From: Obrimoposthia wandeli
Lineage: Eukaryota
Length of the DNA stretch: 64,000 bases
Direction of reading: 5' to 3'
Assembly (NCBI GenBank): GCA_977020255.1
Contig: CDROCS010002398.1
Location: 1,178,001 to 1,242,000 of the forward strand
Shown: positions 11,933-27,000 of the stretch, piece by piece
Layout of the letters: every line of letters begins with the position of its first letter
How positions within the stretch are numbered: position 1 is the stretch's first letter
Program-made: the position numbers and the translations under genes
Notes under the pieces: generated by a model
What the model was told of the DNA's origin: nothing
What the model saw: only the letters and a program-made list of their open reading frames with translations
Database searches by the model: none

Positions 11933-12019
11933 GAATGAATATTTTCATTGCGTTTTTTCTACTGGTTGTTCTTCTCGAGAAGTCCATACCCTCCGCTTCC
12001 AGTTCATTTCCTATGATTG
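11933..12019 (+). CDS. nAChR exon: M2 and M2-M3 loop
   Basis: ttcag|G-MNIFIAFFLLVVLLEKSIPSASSSFPMI-G|gtaagt; 87 nt. Confidence 0.85.
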
Positions 12020-15000
12020 GTAAGTGTTATGGTAATAGATATTTATGAAAAATAAAATCATTACTAAATAAAAATAAATTAATATTTTAATTTTTTTATT
12101 CTTTTAAACATAAAATTAATATTAAAATTAAATTTAGCTTCAAATCTGCCCAAGTCTAGATACATTAAAGTACACAAGAGTAGCTATTCATGTACAGGTA
12201 ATTAACAATAGTATATTTTTGCGAATGAGTCCTAAATTTACGACAATGTTTATCAAACTTATGTTGTGTTAAAAAATTATTTGTTTAGTAATTTTATGCG
12301 CAAATCACATATACGCTTTAAATAATAAGTAACTGGCACAAGGCGTGTATCATTTACACGATCTGTTGGGAATATTATCTAAACCTTACACGAAAGTAAT
12401 TTTTAGAGTAACCCTTACTCATTTGAGAATGATGTACATTATTTTTTAAAAGTTGTTCTTTGTTGAATAAAATTAATTTTTACTTTCACAATCATTTAAA
12501 AATCTGTAAATAATATAAAGATAAATTTCATTTATTTAAATAAGTTTTTATATGTTTCTTTACAATAAAAATCAGGTAAATCTTGTTAACATTTCAATAA
12601 AACACTTTTGGAAACAAAAGGATTGCGTTATTTTAAATGTTTATTAAACATGTACTGAAGCGAAAGAAGCATAATAAAGCCACATTTTGGTCACACGAAT
12701 TAAATTGATCATATTTATAAATTGTTATTTTTTGGAGTTTAAATACATTAATATAATATATTTGTAAAGGAAATCTAAATATTTTCTTTCAAAAGACTTA
12801 AAAAGAAAAACAATATAATTTTGAGAAACTATTGTCATAGGTGTATTAGGTTTTTCCAAAAGTATTGTACCTTTTTTCATTTTTTGAAAACCTTGAAATG
12901 TAAAAGTAAAATAGGAATTTATGCAAATTAACCCTTGATGTGCCAACTGTTTGGTTCCAGAATGACACCATTCAGCCGATTTCAACTTTAAAACGTTTTC
13001 ACATGCCATTTTGACATCGTCGATAAGGATTTTTTTTCCAGCAAGAAACCTGAACAAATGAAATGTCAGAAGGAGCCAAGTCTGAACGATACGATGGATG
13101 AGGAATTTCTCCAAGAGCATCCATATTTTCCATGTGTGTTGACGTCTTTCAAAAAACTATCTTTCAATTAAATAGTGCGTGATACTGATTGATCAAATTT
13201 GTTGAGTGATTTTCAATGGCTTTCAATAAACACCTTCAAAATTCCACCATACACATAGCAACTCTTTGTTCTTGAACGTTTCAATTTTAACGACTGTTTA
13301 TTGCTTCTCATCTTTATATATCCATTTGTTTTTGTCATCGGGATTACAATAATCTTTCCATTTTTTCATCTGATATTACTGTGCTCCTGTAAATTCCGTC
13401 ACTATTAGGATAATCCAGACGTTTTTTGCCAATCTTCAATCTCTAAGCTGCTTGTTCATTTGTCAAATCATAACTTCTCTACGTCTCTTTGATTTTCAAA
13501 GGTACTTTAAATTTCTAAAACCACTTTTAATTGAAATGCCCAACACAGCTGATATCTTTGGGACGCTTGTTGGTGGATTTTCTTCAACATAACCGTTGAT
13601 GGACTCATTATCCACAGGTTTTATTCAATATGAACAACTTCAATTTTTCATGCTCGAATAAAAACACGTGTACTATCACGTGTATAGCAAATAAAATTCA
13701 TAATGCATTAATATACTTCATGTAGTCACCCAATCATTTAAAATTAATATTACAAAATCAGCTGATTCATCACCTTTACTGCTTTTCTGCTGTCAACAGA
13801 CATTACCAGCAGGCCCAGTATATTGTTGCAACGTACATCTAACACACAACATAATCTCCTCAATTTGTTGTAGCGCATATGTTGAGCTAGGGGGGAAATT
13901 TTGACTGGGTTGAAGCGATTAATTTGTATTGATACTATTTTGGTTTCTCATTGACACCACTAATTTGAAATTATTGTAATTCAGCAAACTTTCAATTATA
14001 ATTAACGATAAATAGCATCAATTGTTAAATACAGGTATGATGAAGGAAGTGGCAAATTTATGCGCGATTGATTTGTATGCCATACAGTCAAGATCATATT
14101 TTACTATTTGGAAAATCAGATTGGGAGGGTGCATAAGAAAATCCCAGTGTGGAAAATGGTAAAAGTGTAACAACAAAACAGCACCAGAATAGTGACTCTG
14201 ATGTATATTTAAACCTTGGCAAACTTATCGAAACAAGCTTCGTAGAACGGAAGCAATTGTTGCCATCAAAGAGGCACACAATATTTTCTGATATTCACAT
14301 AGCATCTTATCGACTTATTGAGCCTTGGTTTAATTATTAAAGTTAAATACGTTAAAAATCGAAATTTTCAACTTGTTTCTTCTCGTTTTGCCAATACTGA
14401 TTGAGAAATTGAGATTTTTTCTACTTTCATTATTTTTTGAAAATTCAAATAACTAAAATTAAGACAATGATAGCAAAAGAAAGGAAACTTGTGCGATGAG
14501 AACAACTAAATTAAGATATTTGTAATCTATTTTGCTACACAGATTTCTATTCAATTAACAGACCATGAAAGAAGATAGCAGAGAGTCAAAGAGAGAGTGT
14601 GGCTACTTGAGGGATCTGTTGGAACAATATGTCGTCTACTACGAGGCCGACGTAAATCTCTAGTTCACCTTCATTGTTTGCGACAGAAATTGTTTAGGGC
14701 CTCTTTACACGCGGAAAGAGATATTTAAATTGAAGATTTCAAGCTGAAAGTTGAAGCGACAATTTCTTCTTGAATTAATCATTGTCAGAGGCATTATTGA
14801 ATGTGGCATGGTAATCGTTCTGGTTGTCACTTTAAATTAGATGGCGATTCATTAGAGGTTCTGCTTGTGACATCAAGGGAGATAAGAGATATAACTGGTA
14901 GATGATGATGAGAGTGAGTATGATGAGGGTGAGGATGATGGGGTGGGAGGAGGATGATGATGACGGTGAGGATGATGGGGTGAGGATGATGGGGTGGGAG

Positions 15001-18000
15001 GAGGATGATGATGACGGTGAGGATGATGGGGTGAGGATGATGGGGTGGGAGGAGGAGGATGATGACGGTGAGGATGATGGGGTGGGAGGAGGATAATGAT
15101 GACGGTGAGGATGATGGGGTGATGGGGTGAGGATGATGGGGTGAGGAGGAGGAGGATGATGACGGTGAGATAGCAGCTAAGCAGAATTGTTGCTGGACAG
15201 AGTCTGTCAATGTTAATCAAATGACACTGGTGACATAAAGAGAATAAATCTTCCGGAAGCCTATGTGGCTCCTGTTGCGACCTTGATCGTCGAGAGAGGA
15301 TCTAACACCAAGGTCCACAGTCTGTTTGAGCTCAGCTGCCCTTTGATCTGTCGACTTCGTTTAGCTGAGTATCGGCACCTCGTCCCTTCTGTTTGTGCAT
15401 CCCATAATTAGCAATGTCTAATCATCGCCATATAATGGACACGACTAGCACCTTAATTCGATTAAAATAGCATCCACGTAAAAAGTGCACTTAGCTCGAA
15501 TTAAACTTATTCTTTGGTTATGTCTGTCTCTTTGAATTCTATGGTATGGTCATACATCCAGAAGATTCTATTTAACAACTGCAAAACTTCTCCTTTATAT
15601 GTGTATAACCGAGACATTAAAAGAATCATTAATAAAATTTTTCATTTAAAATAATTCACATTTCTAAAAAATGTAAATATAAATTGCTATATCTAATAAT
15701 AATAAAAATTATAATTAAATAAATCCATCATAATATTACACTATAAGTCAGAAACTCTATAATACTAAATATATGAATGGTTTGAATATATTATAAAATT
15801 GTTAATTTCTAATAATACATTGGAATATAAATATTTTAGGGGATAATTTTGCATCCTATTTACGAAAAAAATAATTTTAATGAACCAACACGTCCAAAAA
15901 ATTAGCAAACATGATTTTATGTCTAAAAATAAATTTCTAATATTTTAACCTTATTTAATTAAGTGATTACTGTAACGAGTAAAATTTATATATCGGAGGT
16001 GGATACTGATGAGAATATTTGTGAATTTGTGATTTGAATATTTGAGATATTTGGCTCACGTTTGCAACAATTGAATCTGTCATTCATTTCAGCGTTTCTA
16101 ATAACTTATCTATTTTTTGTTTTTGTAATAACAACTTCTGTGGCTCTTTTTCCACTTAATACTTCATTGTTAAGAAGTTTAAAAAACTGTCGAATGAGGG
16201 CCAAGAAGAAATAACAATAGTCTTGCTGGTACAGCTTCACTACAAGCGAAGTCATCACAATTTGTTCATTAACTTGGATATGATAACAAAGAGGTGCGCG
16301 TAATATACTTAAGGCGACGGAAGACTCGGTATGATATATTTAAATAAATTATACATAGTGGCTCCTATTACATAGTAAAGTTGTACCTAACATACAAAAG
16401 CTTTATTACTAAAAGTCGACTATTTATTTATAATACATATATAATGTGAAGTGTGTACACATAATCATAAAATATAAATGATAATAACAGCAGCAAGATG
16501 GATATTAAAAATATTTTTATTGAATTTTTTCATTCTCCTAGAAAAACAAAAAACAGTTTTTTATGAACCACAAATCTATTGTATTAACTGTATTATTAAG
16601 TTAGAAACTGCCTGGCTCAAATTACCCCTTGGCTCTGATTACTCCTTCTCTCCTTACTTCTAATAATATTGGTCCGAAATTTAATTGAGGTTTATAACAA
16701 AATTGACTTCAAACATTACACATATAGAGGATCCTTTTTGCATTTTTTAACTTTTTATTTTTTAAATGACAGGAAAATTTAAAATATTGCGAACGATATT
16801 CAATGGCGCTTTCTTTGAAAAATTTTCCTTCGATAAATTATAAGGAAAATATTCTTCAATCTTTACCCTATTCGACGGTAAAAACAAATATTTCTGATTA
16901 AAAATGAATGATAGTCGACTGTTTTAATTTTTTTGAGAAAATTAATATAAAATTGAAAAGATGAAAAGACACACATTTTAATTTTTAATTGTATTTTAGT
17001 TATCCTTAAGTATGAATACGTATTTTAACAAGTATTTCCAAATAGTCTCCATCTAATCTCATCTACTTGAAATTGGTGATACACTCTGACAACAATGTTC
17101 CCACGCTTATGGGACTGAGAAAGCGTCCCCGAGCATCGGAGACGATTTTTTCATCAGATAATGTTGCGAATAAAGTGCCTCACTGTAACTGATACATATG
17201 TGCTCTCTGGTGACCCTCCCCTATTTCCGTGCAGGCACATACTACTGTGTAAATATGACGCTCATCACGCTGTCCACCTTTCTCTGCCTCATCATCGTCA
17301 ACTTTCACTTCAGAGGAGACAACCGGAAGGAAGCGCCATATTGGCTCAAACAGGTACATCCCCAATCTGCTGCTGCTTGTTTGCACTTAAATCTGACGTT
17401 TGAGACTTGCTGTTGTTATCTTTGCTGATGGTGGTCCTCCTATTTTGGAGGGGCTAAATCTTTGCATAGACAGCACTAGACAGGCTAATCACGACCATCT
17501 GCTGTGAAATGTTGTACTTTGGGCAATAATACACTGAAGAAAATATTTTAATTACAGAAATACTCGTTAAAACAAACAGCAATAATAATTACACAGAGTA
17601 ATTTAACATTTTTTAAATTCCCTCTACTATACTCCAGAATGTTACCTAAAGAAGCAGCGGTTGATCTAGAATGATAAAATAATGATACAACCAAAAAAGT
17701 GTTTATTAAAGAAACATTTTCCCGTGAACTAGTAATAGAAAATGAGATTCAAACTACGATAACTTTGAATTATAACAACACAAAAGTAAATTTGATTTTT
17801 TTTTCAAATTTCCCATATACAAAACTTCAAGAGGCGAGTTAAATCAATTTTATTGAACAAGCATCATCAGCAGTTGAAGGAAAACGGGTCCGCAGTTAAG
17901 GTCTGTTTGAGTACCAGTTGTATGCTGCTGTTAGTTTTATGCGTTTAAATTGCATGTTCATCTATAAATTGAGTGAAAGATTTTCGATGAAACTATCACT

Positions 18001-21000
18001 TATTTTTTGTATGTATAATAACTAATTTTTAGGTTAAGACCAAATTTACCTGTTTATAAATGACTAAAATAATTTTTGAAAAAAAAAGTGTAAAGAAAAA
18101 TAATTCTAAATTCTAGAAGTCGATTATTTTAGATTTTAAAAGCTGAAATTTGATGTTAATTTAAGCTTTTTGTAACGGAATAATTACAAGCTGGCTCCTT
18201 CAATCTTAACAATTTTATAGGTTAATAATATTAAATTAACAACGAGTTTATGCTTTATAATTGCTAAAAAACATATTTTAAATTTTATCAATACCTAATG
18301 TATGCCATTTACATAAATCATTTCAACTAGTTTCTAAGCCAATATTTATTATAAATTTTATGTAAATATATATCACAGAATTAACACTCAGACAACTAAA
18401 AACCCTATTATGAAAATTAACATGTCATACTATAAACATGAATTCTGTATTTTATTCTGAAAATTTTATTTTTAAGCCTTCAAAAATTGAGATACAAACT
18501 TTCTGAATTATTTTTTATAATTTAATGCAGTTTCAATACTTATTACTAAAATTTTAATTTTTCACTTCATATCTTTATATACTAACTTTCAAGTGTTGGA
18601 GGCTTGAGTATCTAAGAATGTATTAGGTTTGAGAGAAAATTAGTTGCCGAGACCAAAAATTGAATTAAGGGTCTCACTACTTGCAAGTCGCACGTTCTAC
18701 CACTGAACTGTGGCGGCTCGTAATCTCTCCTGATAATCCAAAAAATAATTTCTAAAAAGGGATTATGCACTTATAATTGTCAGTAACTGATTTGTATCCA
18801 ATATTCATTTTAACAATTTTACGAACAAAAAAAACGTAATAATTCCAATTAAAATTCCGATAAAAATATTGTAAATGTTCCAATTGATATTAGAATTTAA
18901 AAGTAATTAATTTACAAATGTTGTCATCCACCGTAAGCTCATTTAATGGCTGTATCGACGTCAGTTGAGCTGTCAACTAATTCCGGATCGATCTGGAATT
19001 GGTATCGCTCCTAACTGCCGCTGAGGTGGCCCTTGTTTGTCCGGAAATGCCAATCAGAGTTCATCTGTCATTCTTGGTTAGCCTCAATGTTCTATAAATA
19101 TTTCACTTAATGTGCAAAGCTCATTAGCTAAATGTTGCGTTTTTCTGTGTCTTTCCCATACTGCCTTTTGTTTTAATATGATTCTTTCACACAGTCGACT
19201 GAACAGCTGGAGATTAACTAGTACTCCGTGAATTAAGTTATAGATAGTTGAAGATGATATATATGCTTCACAATGACTTATTTGGTAGAGTACAACAGTA
19301 TCTCAGTATGTTTCAGCATCTTGCTATTTATTTTATATCTCAAACCTCAGTTGTAATTATTTAAAATCAAAATTTTATGATATAAAATTCCCAAATAAAT
19401 ATCAGAAATTACTGTCAAATTTATAAAGAAATGAAAACATGCAACAATAAGAAAATACCTTACTACTGAGATAACTAAAATACTATTTCTTGCGATTATT
19501 ACAGCAAGACTTGATTTTCTTTTTGTTATTGTTTAATTCAACAATAACAAAAATATATTAAAAATAGCGTTAATATCGAATAAAACTTTGATTTTTTACT
19601 CAAAAGCACTTGCCAAATTTTTCTTCATAACATTTTCTGAACAGCAGCCTTCAGCTGCTTCTTGGAGTTTTTAGTAACAGTTTTTTTATATTCATTAGTA
19701 AAGAATGTATTCTTAACTCTATCAGTAAATATTCAGAGGATAAATTTCAAATATTCCATCAATCTGCTTATATATATATACTCACTGCACTAGACTCTAG
19801 AAGATTATGTAAATATTTGGGATTTACTTATATTTGAGACAATACTTATTTTTAATTATAGATAGGATCTTGGAACAATGGGAAGTGCACGTGACATTAA
19901 CCCAAATTTAGTAGACGGTGTGAAACCAAAGTCAGATCAAACCGGATGTTATTCACATGAGAACTTTATTTTTGGAAGTGACTGTAGTAGTGAAATTCAA
20001 TCAATTTGAGATTAAAAATATATGGAGATCGTGTGATTCAGAGTCGGTATTTTTAAGAGGAGCTGAGGAATTAGTGAATATACCATGAGAAACGGTGCGT
20101 AGAAATTGATTTAGACAACAGGCTTTGGACTATGAATATTTAAAAAGTCTTGTGGGAAAATTAACCACCGTAGGAGTTTATTATGTCGTTAAGAAATTAG
20201 ATAAAATTGAAATTATGACTGTCGTTGTTATAGATGTAACCCATCAAGCTGATAGGAGGGGGTCAACAACTTGTAATACTGTAATATCTGTGTTAGAAAG
20301 TGGAATGTTAAAGAAAAAGTCGTCGAATACAAGATGGTTAGCTAAAATATTGTTTGTGTTAAATGCTGACAGATCATTCTTTTAAACTTTTATGTTTCAT
20401 GGTTACATGTCAATTTGGATAAGCTCTAAAGATACAAACTTAGCTGGTCATAATCATACTAAAATGAAAGAATCTGGCAAAAGAAAAATAAAAATGTATG
20501 ATTATTTTAAAATCTGGCAGGCGTAGCTTTTAAAAGTTCATAAAACATGATACACACGAAAACAAAATAATCGATAAAGTTAAAAATGTTCCAACAGTCT
20601 ATGGTGTGGCGTTGAATAAGTACAAAAAAAGCAAAAACAATTTCCAATACACACGAGGAGCGTCCAAAATAGTTTCAAAATGAATTTATTTGCTATTTTA
20701 TAGAATTATTTAAATGTTTACTGAACAAATACAAATTAAACTTTCAATTTTATTGAGCATAAGATTTTTTTTGATGCATGAGTAATAGAGGAGTGGCGTT
20801 AACTGGTGAAAGATAAAGTTCCTTCGATCAGCTTTCTTTTACTCCAATTTAATTTTTCAAAATATTTTACTTATTTTTTTTTTGTAAATATAATTTAATT
20901 TTTTTATTAAATGTATTAAATTTAAATAAGAATAATTGTTTTAATTTATCAAAGTGAAAAAAAGTGCTTGTACAAGTGATATTTCTACAGCAGTTCTTTC

Positions 21001-24000
21001 CAAATATGGGATGCCAAATGTTTATTGTGGCCAGAGATTAGTGTAAGTGTTTTAGTGCAATATCTCTGTGTAAATCTGAGAGAGTTGACAATTAAATAAT
21101 GCAAAACCATACAATGGCAATTTAAATGTTATTTAAATCATTCTACTGTGGTTTTTCATTTTTGAGATATTTGAATTTGAAAATAGGAATTTTGAATTGC
21201 TCGGTATTTGAAAATGAAACGAATTTCTTAAACTTTGAAATAGCATCTTGGAGATTTAAGAGTGTTCTTTAGGAAAATATACAAAAATATTTCCAAATAT
21301 AATTTTGTAGAGATGCAAGTGAAAATAAAATCATTCATCAATATAAAAAGTAATCTAATAAAAATCTTTCTTTTTAAATATGTAGGGGTTATCTAAAGAC
21401 TGTTCTAGAATTTTCGTATAGAGGCCCCTAACGTTCTACAGATCTGAAGGTGCATTTAGTTCAGGTTATCAGAAATATTCCCAAAAAACTAATTTGGTGT
21501 AATGTGAACCTGTACAGTTGGCTAGGTCCCATATCGAGCTTTGATTCAAAAATGGACTGGCTGTGTCTAGACTAGAAAAATGGCAAGTTCTGATACGAAG
21601 TGACCTTTCTGATGTACAGTACAGATAGAAGTGGCACATGTCGGATCTCAGCCCTCCTATAAATTTGTATTTTATTTTCTACTAACCCTTCAGCTGCGTT
21701 GATTCTCAAAATGAGTTTAGGTTGAGTGTGCTGATTACCCTTTGTGAAAGTAACATAGGATTCCAATTTATTCCCAACCTAACTTAATAAATAAATGAAT
21801 GAGCAACCGTTGATATTTTAACAGTGATGTATTTAAAACTGACATGACATTTATAAATAGACTATTTTATTACGATTTTCGTGACTCCTGTCGATAATGG
21901 CAACACTAAATGAATTTTTGGGAATATCCTTCTCTATGCTTCACAATTAGACTAGGAATTGGCTATTTGAGTTTCAGGGGGTTTTATTTCAATTAGTCAC
22001 TTTAAACTGATTGATTTAGAAATATATATGAATTTCACAATCCAAGAACTTGTGGTTCGATACATAAGTGCTCAAGTGTCCGAAGTCGGGTATTTTTGCA
22101 GAGATTTCAACATTTTCCTGGCTTTTTAAAAATTTCACTTAAACATATATGAAGCTGCCAATTTGATTCATTTGATTCTTCGATGTTTCTTTCCGAAAGC
22201 GCTCTTGAAGTTCATAAAAATATTTATCAATCACATACCTTTTGCAGAATTTCAACTTGAAACTAGAGCTACAGTAAAACCAATTATAAAAAAATGAGAA
22301 GTTAAAAGTTAAAAATTACAGTGCAAGTCAAGTCAAGTCAAGTCGCCTTTTCACGAACAAAATAATAAGAATTAGGCAATTCAGCCACTTTAACAGAAAG
22401 AACAACTAATTTTTTTAATAAAGTTGTGTATTTGGAATATATTTATTAACTTATTTCTTCTTATTAAGACTAAGAGGATTAAAAAAAATTGATAAAACAT
22501 TATCTAAGAAAGCTTTTTTTAATATTTATATCCTTAATTAATTAAATTATGACTCTAATTTGTAAAATTTCTACATCGGAAGTAGATACTAAATAGATTA
22601 TTGTGAAAAATGATATTACGGACACAGATTATGAAATTTCGAGGTCTTGAGAACCTTTACTAATAAGTCAGGATCATTTAAATGACTTAGCAGGATATTT
22701 GAATCTTTCTGAAAGACAGGTAGAAATAAATGGCTTACGTTTGCAAGAATGGAATTTATTGTAAATCAATACTAACATTTCGTATTTTGGTATTAAATCG
22801 TACCTAAAAATTAATTTTGTAACTAAATTGTACTGTTTCCTACATATGTCAAATCGACGAGATGGGTCTTTTAATTGCATTTTCGTTATAAGCTAGCACA
22901 TTTAGACTAGAAATATGCTATTTGGTTAAAGGGATAAAGGTAATATCTGCATGAAATTTTATTACTCATAAAAGAACATGGAAAACGATATTCAGTTAAT
23001 TTGATGTCAAACTGAAAAGTATTTAAACTTTTTGTCACTTAACGATAATTCTAACATTAACTAGTCGATAAAAATTTAAGATTAAAATAAGGAGATTTCT
23101 TGACTGAAAAAATTACTATGTTGTTTAATTAATTCTACATCGAAACACGTTTGCTTTATTCAATTGAATATTTATTCCGTCAATTGATAATGATTCTGTG
23201 TATGGAAGAGCTTTTAATTTTATGCCTGTAACTAGTCGAAAACTACCGAAATTTCCGCTGTCCCACAAGTGCGAAAATCGATGCGGCACACTGACCTCAG
23301 CTGGTAATGATGATGACGGTGATGATTCTTCACACAGATATCTGTGAAGTTGCCTAGAGACTGGCTGCAGCAAGGTGTATTAATTATTAACTCCTTTTCT
23401 ACAAATGTCAAGCGACTACCTAATTTATCTGGTCTGGGCTCCGCTGGTCTCTGACATGTTGGCTAGTTAGCGACGTCCAGTAACTTGTCTTCAGCTCGTA
23501 CTTCACTCTCTCGATTCGGCATTTATCTATCTCAATTCTCTTTAACATTTGAAGCTGTAGCTACTTCAGTAGCTACTTCCTGGTAGATCAACCTGTTCAC
23601 CGCTCTCTGCTGATAGGAAATTGTTCCGAATGATTTATTTGCTAGAAACAGCCACTACTAAATATCATGCAGTTGAAAACGGACATTTTTTGGTAAAGTC
23701 CGTTAAATTGAATGAGAATTTAGAAGTTACACGAAAAATTGAAGTACAATAGCAACGTAAAATAAATACAGTAAAGCTCTATAATAATTTTTAAATTTAA
23801 GTCACTTTATTTTAACTTTCAAAATGTTTCGTTGATTTGACTTTAAGTGCCCGTTCTAAATTCTGAACATTCTCAGACTTTCACATTTTTATTGCAATAA
23901 CCAATAGTATCTGGTGATTTATTTAACGATAATACATATACATTAAGATAATGTTTTTTGTTTTTTTTAAAGAAATTTTAAAAATTACCATTACTATAAC

Positions 24001-27000
24001 ATGAGAAATTACTTAAAATATCAGAAAAGCATATTTTTTATTTTCAAAATGGAAATTATGTAGCCCTTTAAATCAATATACAATTAAGGTATTATAATGT
24101 TTATTTATTAAAATTAAAATCAAAACAGCAATTACATCATCAGTCAAAGTTTGATTTATTAAAGTTATAAAATGTTTTTGTTTCCAAATATTTGTTCTAC
24201 TTCGTTCTTGTCAATTGATTAGTCATCTCTGAACTGAGGTTCATTCTGTATATTCAAATCTAATGCATGAAGATTTCATTCTATTTTATAATTCTTTCTA
24301 ACACTTTGTACAAACACATATTATACATATAATTTTTTAAAAATTAAATGTTAACAAGTTTTAATCCTAACCTATATTTATTATTGTTTTTAAGGGCGTT
24401 TTAAACGTAATTTCCAATATATTTATTTTAATTCAAGAGATCGTTAACAGCAGTCTTTTTTGGTAAAATAAAATAGGGAGGAAAAAGTATTTTTTAATTA
24501 GTAATTTCGTTTTGTAAATTGACATTAAAATTAGAAACTAATAGTCAAGAAAAATAAAAATATAATAAAACAAAAGAAATTATTCTACTGACATTATAGT
24601 TATTTAAATTTGAAATGTTGCTTTAAAATTGTAACAACTTCGAAGGACAGATGGATTGTTTGAAAAATATTGTTAGCTTCTGAGAGTAAAGGATTTGAAT
24701 TAGAAGGGTGAAGAAAATAAGAATTTTAAAGACTGGTTTACGTTAATTTATTGAAACTCTTAAAATCCATTTCAATGATGATGAGATGCCTTCCTAAAAT
24801 CTATTTCTGGTTTTTTAAAGCCATCCACTCCAAAAACACCAACATAGAAGACAATTGTTTTTTTGTTTTTTTAAGAATGTCAAAAACATCCTTCGGAATA
24901 TGAGTTGTTAAGCCAATATATCGGCAATACGAATATTCACGAAATCTACCTTCGTCTTTTCGAAAGCAGTATGAGTCAACTTTACCCAAACATCTTCAAC
25001 TTATATAAGCGAGTGTTGATTTTCCTTGTTTTGTGAGAGAGTTTTTGCAGCGTTGAAATTTGTGAATAATTCACTTCGCAGTGTTATGCTGCTAGACGTA
25101 ATACGTGATTTAATAATCCTTGCAGTTGAAGGAGAAAAATCCGGAAGAGTGAGAAATATTTTGGAACTTTTGTAACTGGAAATAAGAATAAATTGCATCC
25201 TTCATTTTCGTTTTTAAAGTCTTAATAAGAAAACAGGGTTGTTATTGTTATCATAAGTTTAATGTCTATTTCCCAGTGAAAAATAAGCACGTAACGCATC
25301 TGACTGGTGGAAACCGTAAAGAATATTGACTTTATTTCTTAATGCAAAAATTTCAATAATCTCTTAAAAAAAGGAATAGAAAATATTTAATAAAGAATAT
25401 TAAAAAAAAAAAATCTTACTACTGCAACAACTATAATACTAACTCACAGGCCCTGTAAGATCCACTTAGAGGCCCATGTCAGATAATATATGTGGCCCCC
25501 TTTATACTGGAAAAAAAAAAGTTGTACGATTTTATTGATCCAAAAAGTTAGTTGTTCAACGAAAAAAATATTTGAGGCAAGTGAAAATAGAATTACGCCA
25601 AAAATTAGGGCCTCTCATAGTTGTATTAGATTTTATTAAAAGGATATTTTCTGTTGCTCTACGTAAAAGTATTGAATAATTTTTTTAAAAGGTTTGCATA
25701 GTTTGCTATAAAATTTAAATCTGAATTTTGGAGGCCCCTTGAATTTAGAGGCCCATGTCAAACGACCCATTGCCCCCCTCTCACAGGCCCTGCTAACTCA
25801 CGCCCTTATAACATAACGACTTTTGTCAAAGTTCATTACTGTATGATATTCGGTTCTATCAATTAAAACTATCAATTAAATATTTAATAGAGTACTCAGA
25901 AAATTTTAAATACAACTGAATATTTGAAGAAATTTCATTAGCAGTCAATTAAAGCCTATATTGAATGTGAGGCATTATTAGATAGCAAAAAGTTATTAAG
26001 TCACTAAAGCTTTGATATTTATAAGATGTGCTCGAACCATTTACAACAAAACATTTAATCTTTAAAATAATTTTGTGAACAAAAATGTTTTTTCTGACAA
26101 TGTCGATGTCTCAAAATCTAACCCATTTACACTAAAGATAGGCCATTTCGTCAGAGGGAAACATAAATGTTATTATCTGTTACAGTGTTATCAACTCCAC
26201 TTGCATAGCATCTTTCCTAAGAATCATTTCGGCTACAAACTAATTACATAGGGGCACAAAGAAAGTTGTGTTACAAAAGGGAGTTTTATATATATTTTCT
26301 ACCATGAATTCAAAAATATTACTCATTGTTTATTATTATATCACAATTTTTATAAACATGTCAACAAACAATTATAAATAAACATACATGTAATACACAC
26401 ACCAAATAGAAATAGAAAAACAAAATACCCGCAAAAAAATTTACTTTGTGAATGACCTACACAGCTGACAATCAAACACGGGGCGCGTATTCTGATGGTG
26501 GACCTCGGTCCAATCATGAAGAAGCCACGACCGCTGCCTCCACCTGTTGCCGTAGACCTGGCGCAACAACTTCAGCAGCAGCAATCCTCTACGTCGCTAC
26601 TGGCGCCGGGCCCTGACCGTCATCCACCATCCCGCCATCACAACCCGAGCCACAACCATCGCCACAACCATCGCCACAACCACCACCACCACAGCCACAG
26701 TCACCGTCACCAGCAGCAGACGCACCACAGCAATCAGCAACAAGACGAGCCACTTCACCGACAGCGCAGCATATTCGCACAACTCGTCAACAAGAGCTCT
26801 TCCACAACCGCCAGCACTGCGGCCAGGCAATCGTCAGCTACTGCTGCGATGTCCGGGGTTTCCAATCACAATGGAGTCATGTTCGTGAAGGACGAGGAGC
26901 CCTCGTCATATCTGCGGTTCACGAATCCCCTCCGGCAACAGCAGCAATACCGACCCGACATCAGGGAGCACTCGCCTCCGGACCGAATAAGTGGCTGCCA

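Noticed and set aside
14827-15220. His/Pro- and Asp/Gly-rich ORFs
   Set aside because: They lie over a GATGATGGGGT minisatellite.
15180-15420. GC-richer segment with an open frame (RINLPEAY..VHSLFELS..)
   Set aside because: No recognisable family or consistent splice signals.
19860-21780. Possible non-LTR RT C-terminus and zinc-knuckle remnants
   Set aside because: Motifs are too decayed to assign without a search.
26589-26830. Minus-strand Gly/Cys- and Val-rich ORFs; likewise 38208-38574
   Set aside because: These are antisense shadows of low-complexity nAChR exons.
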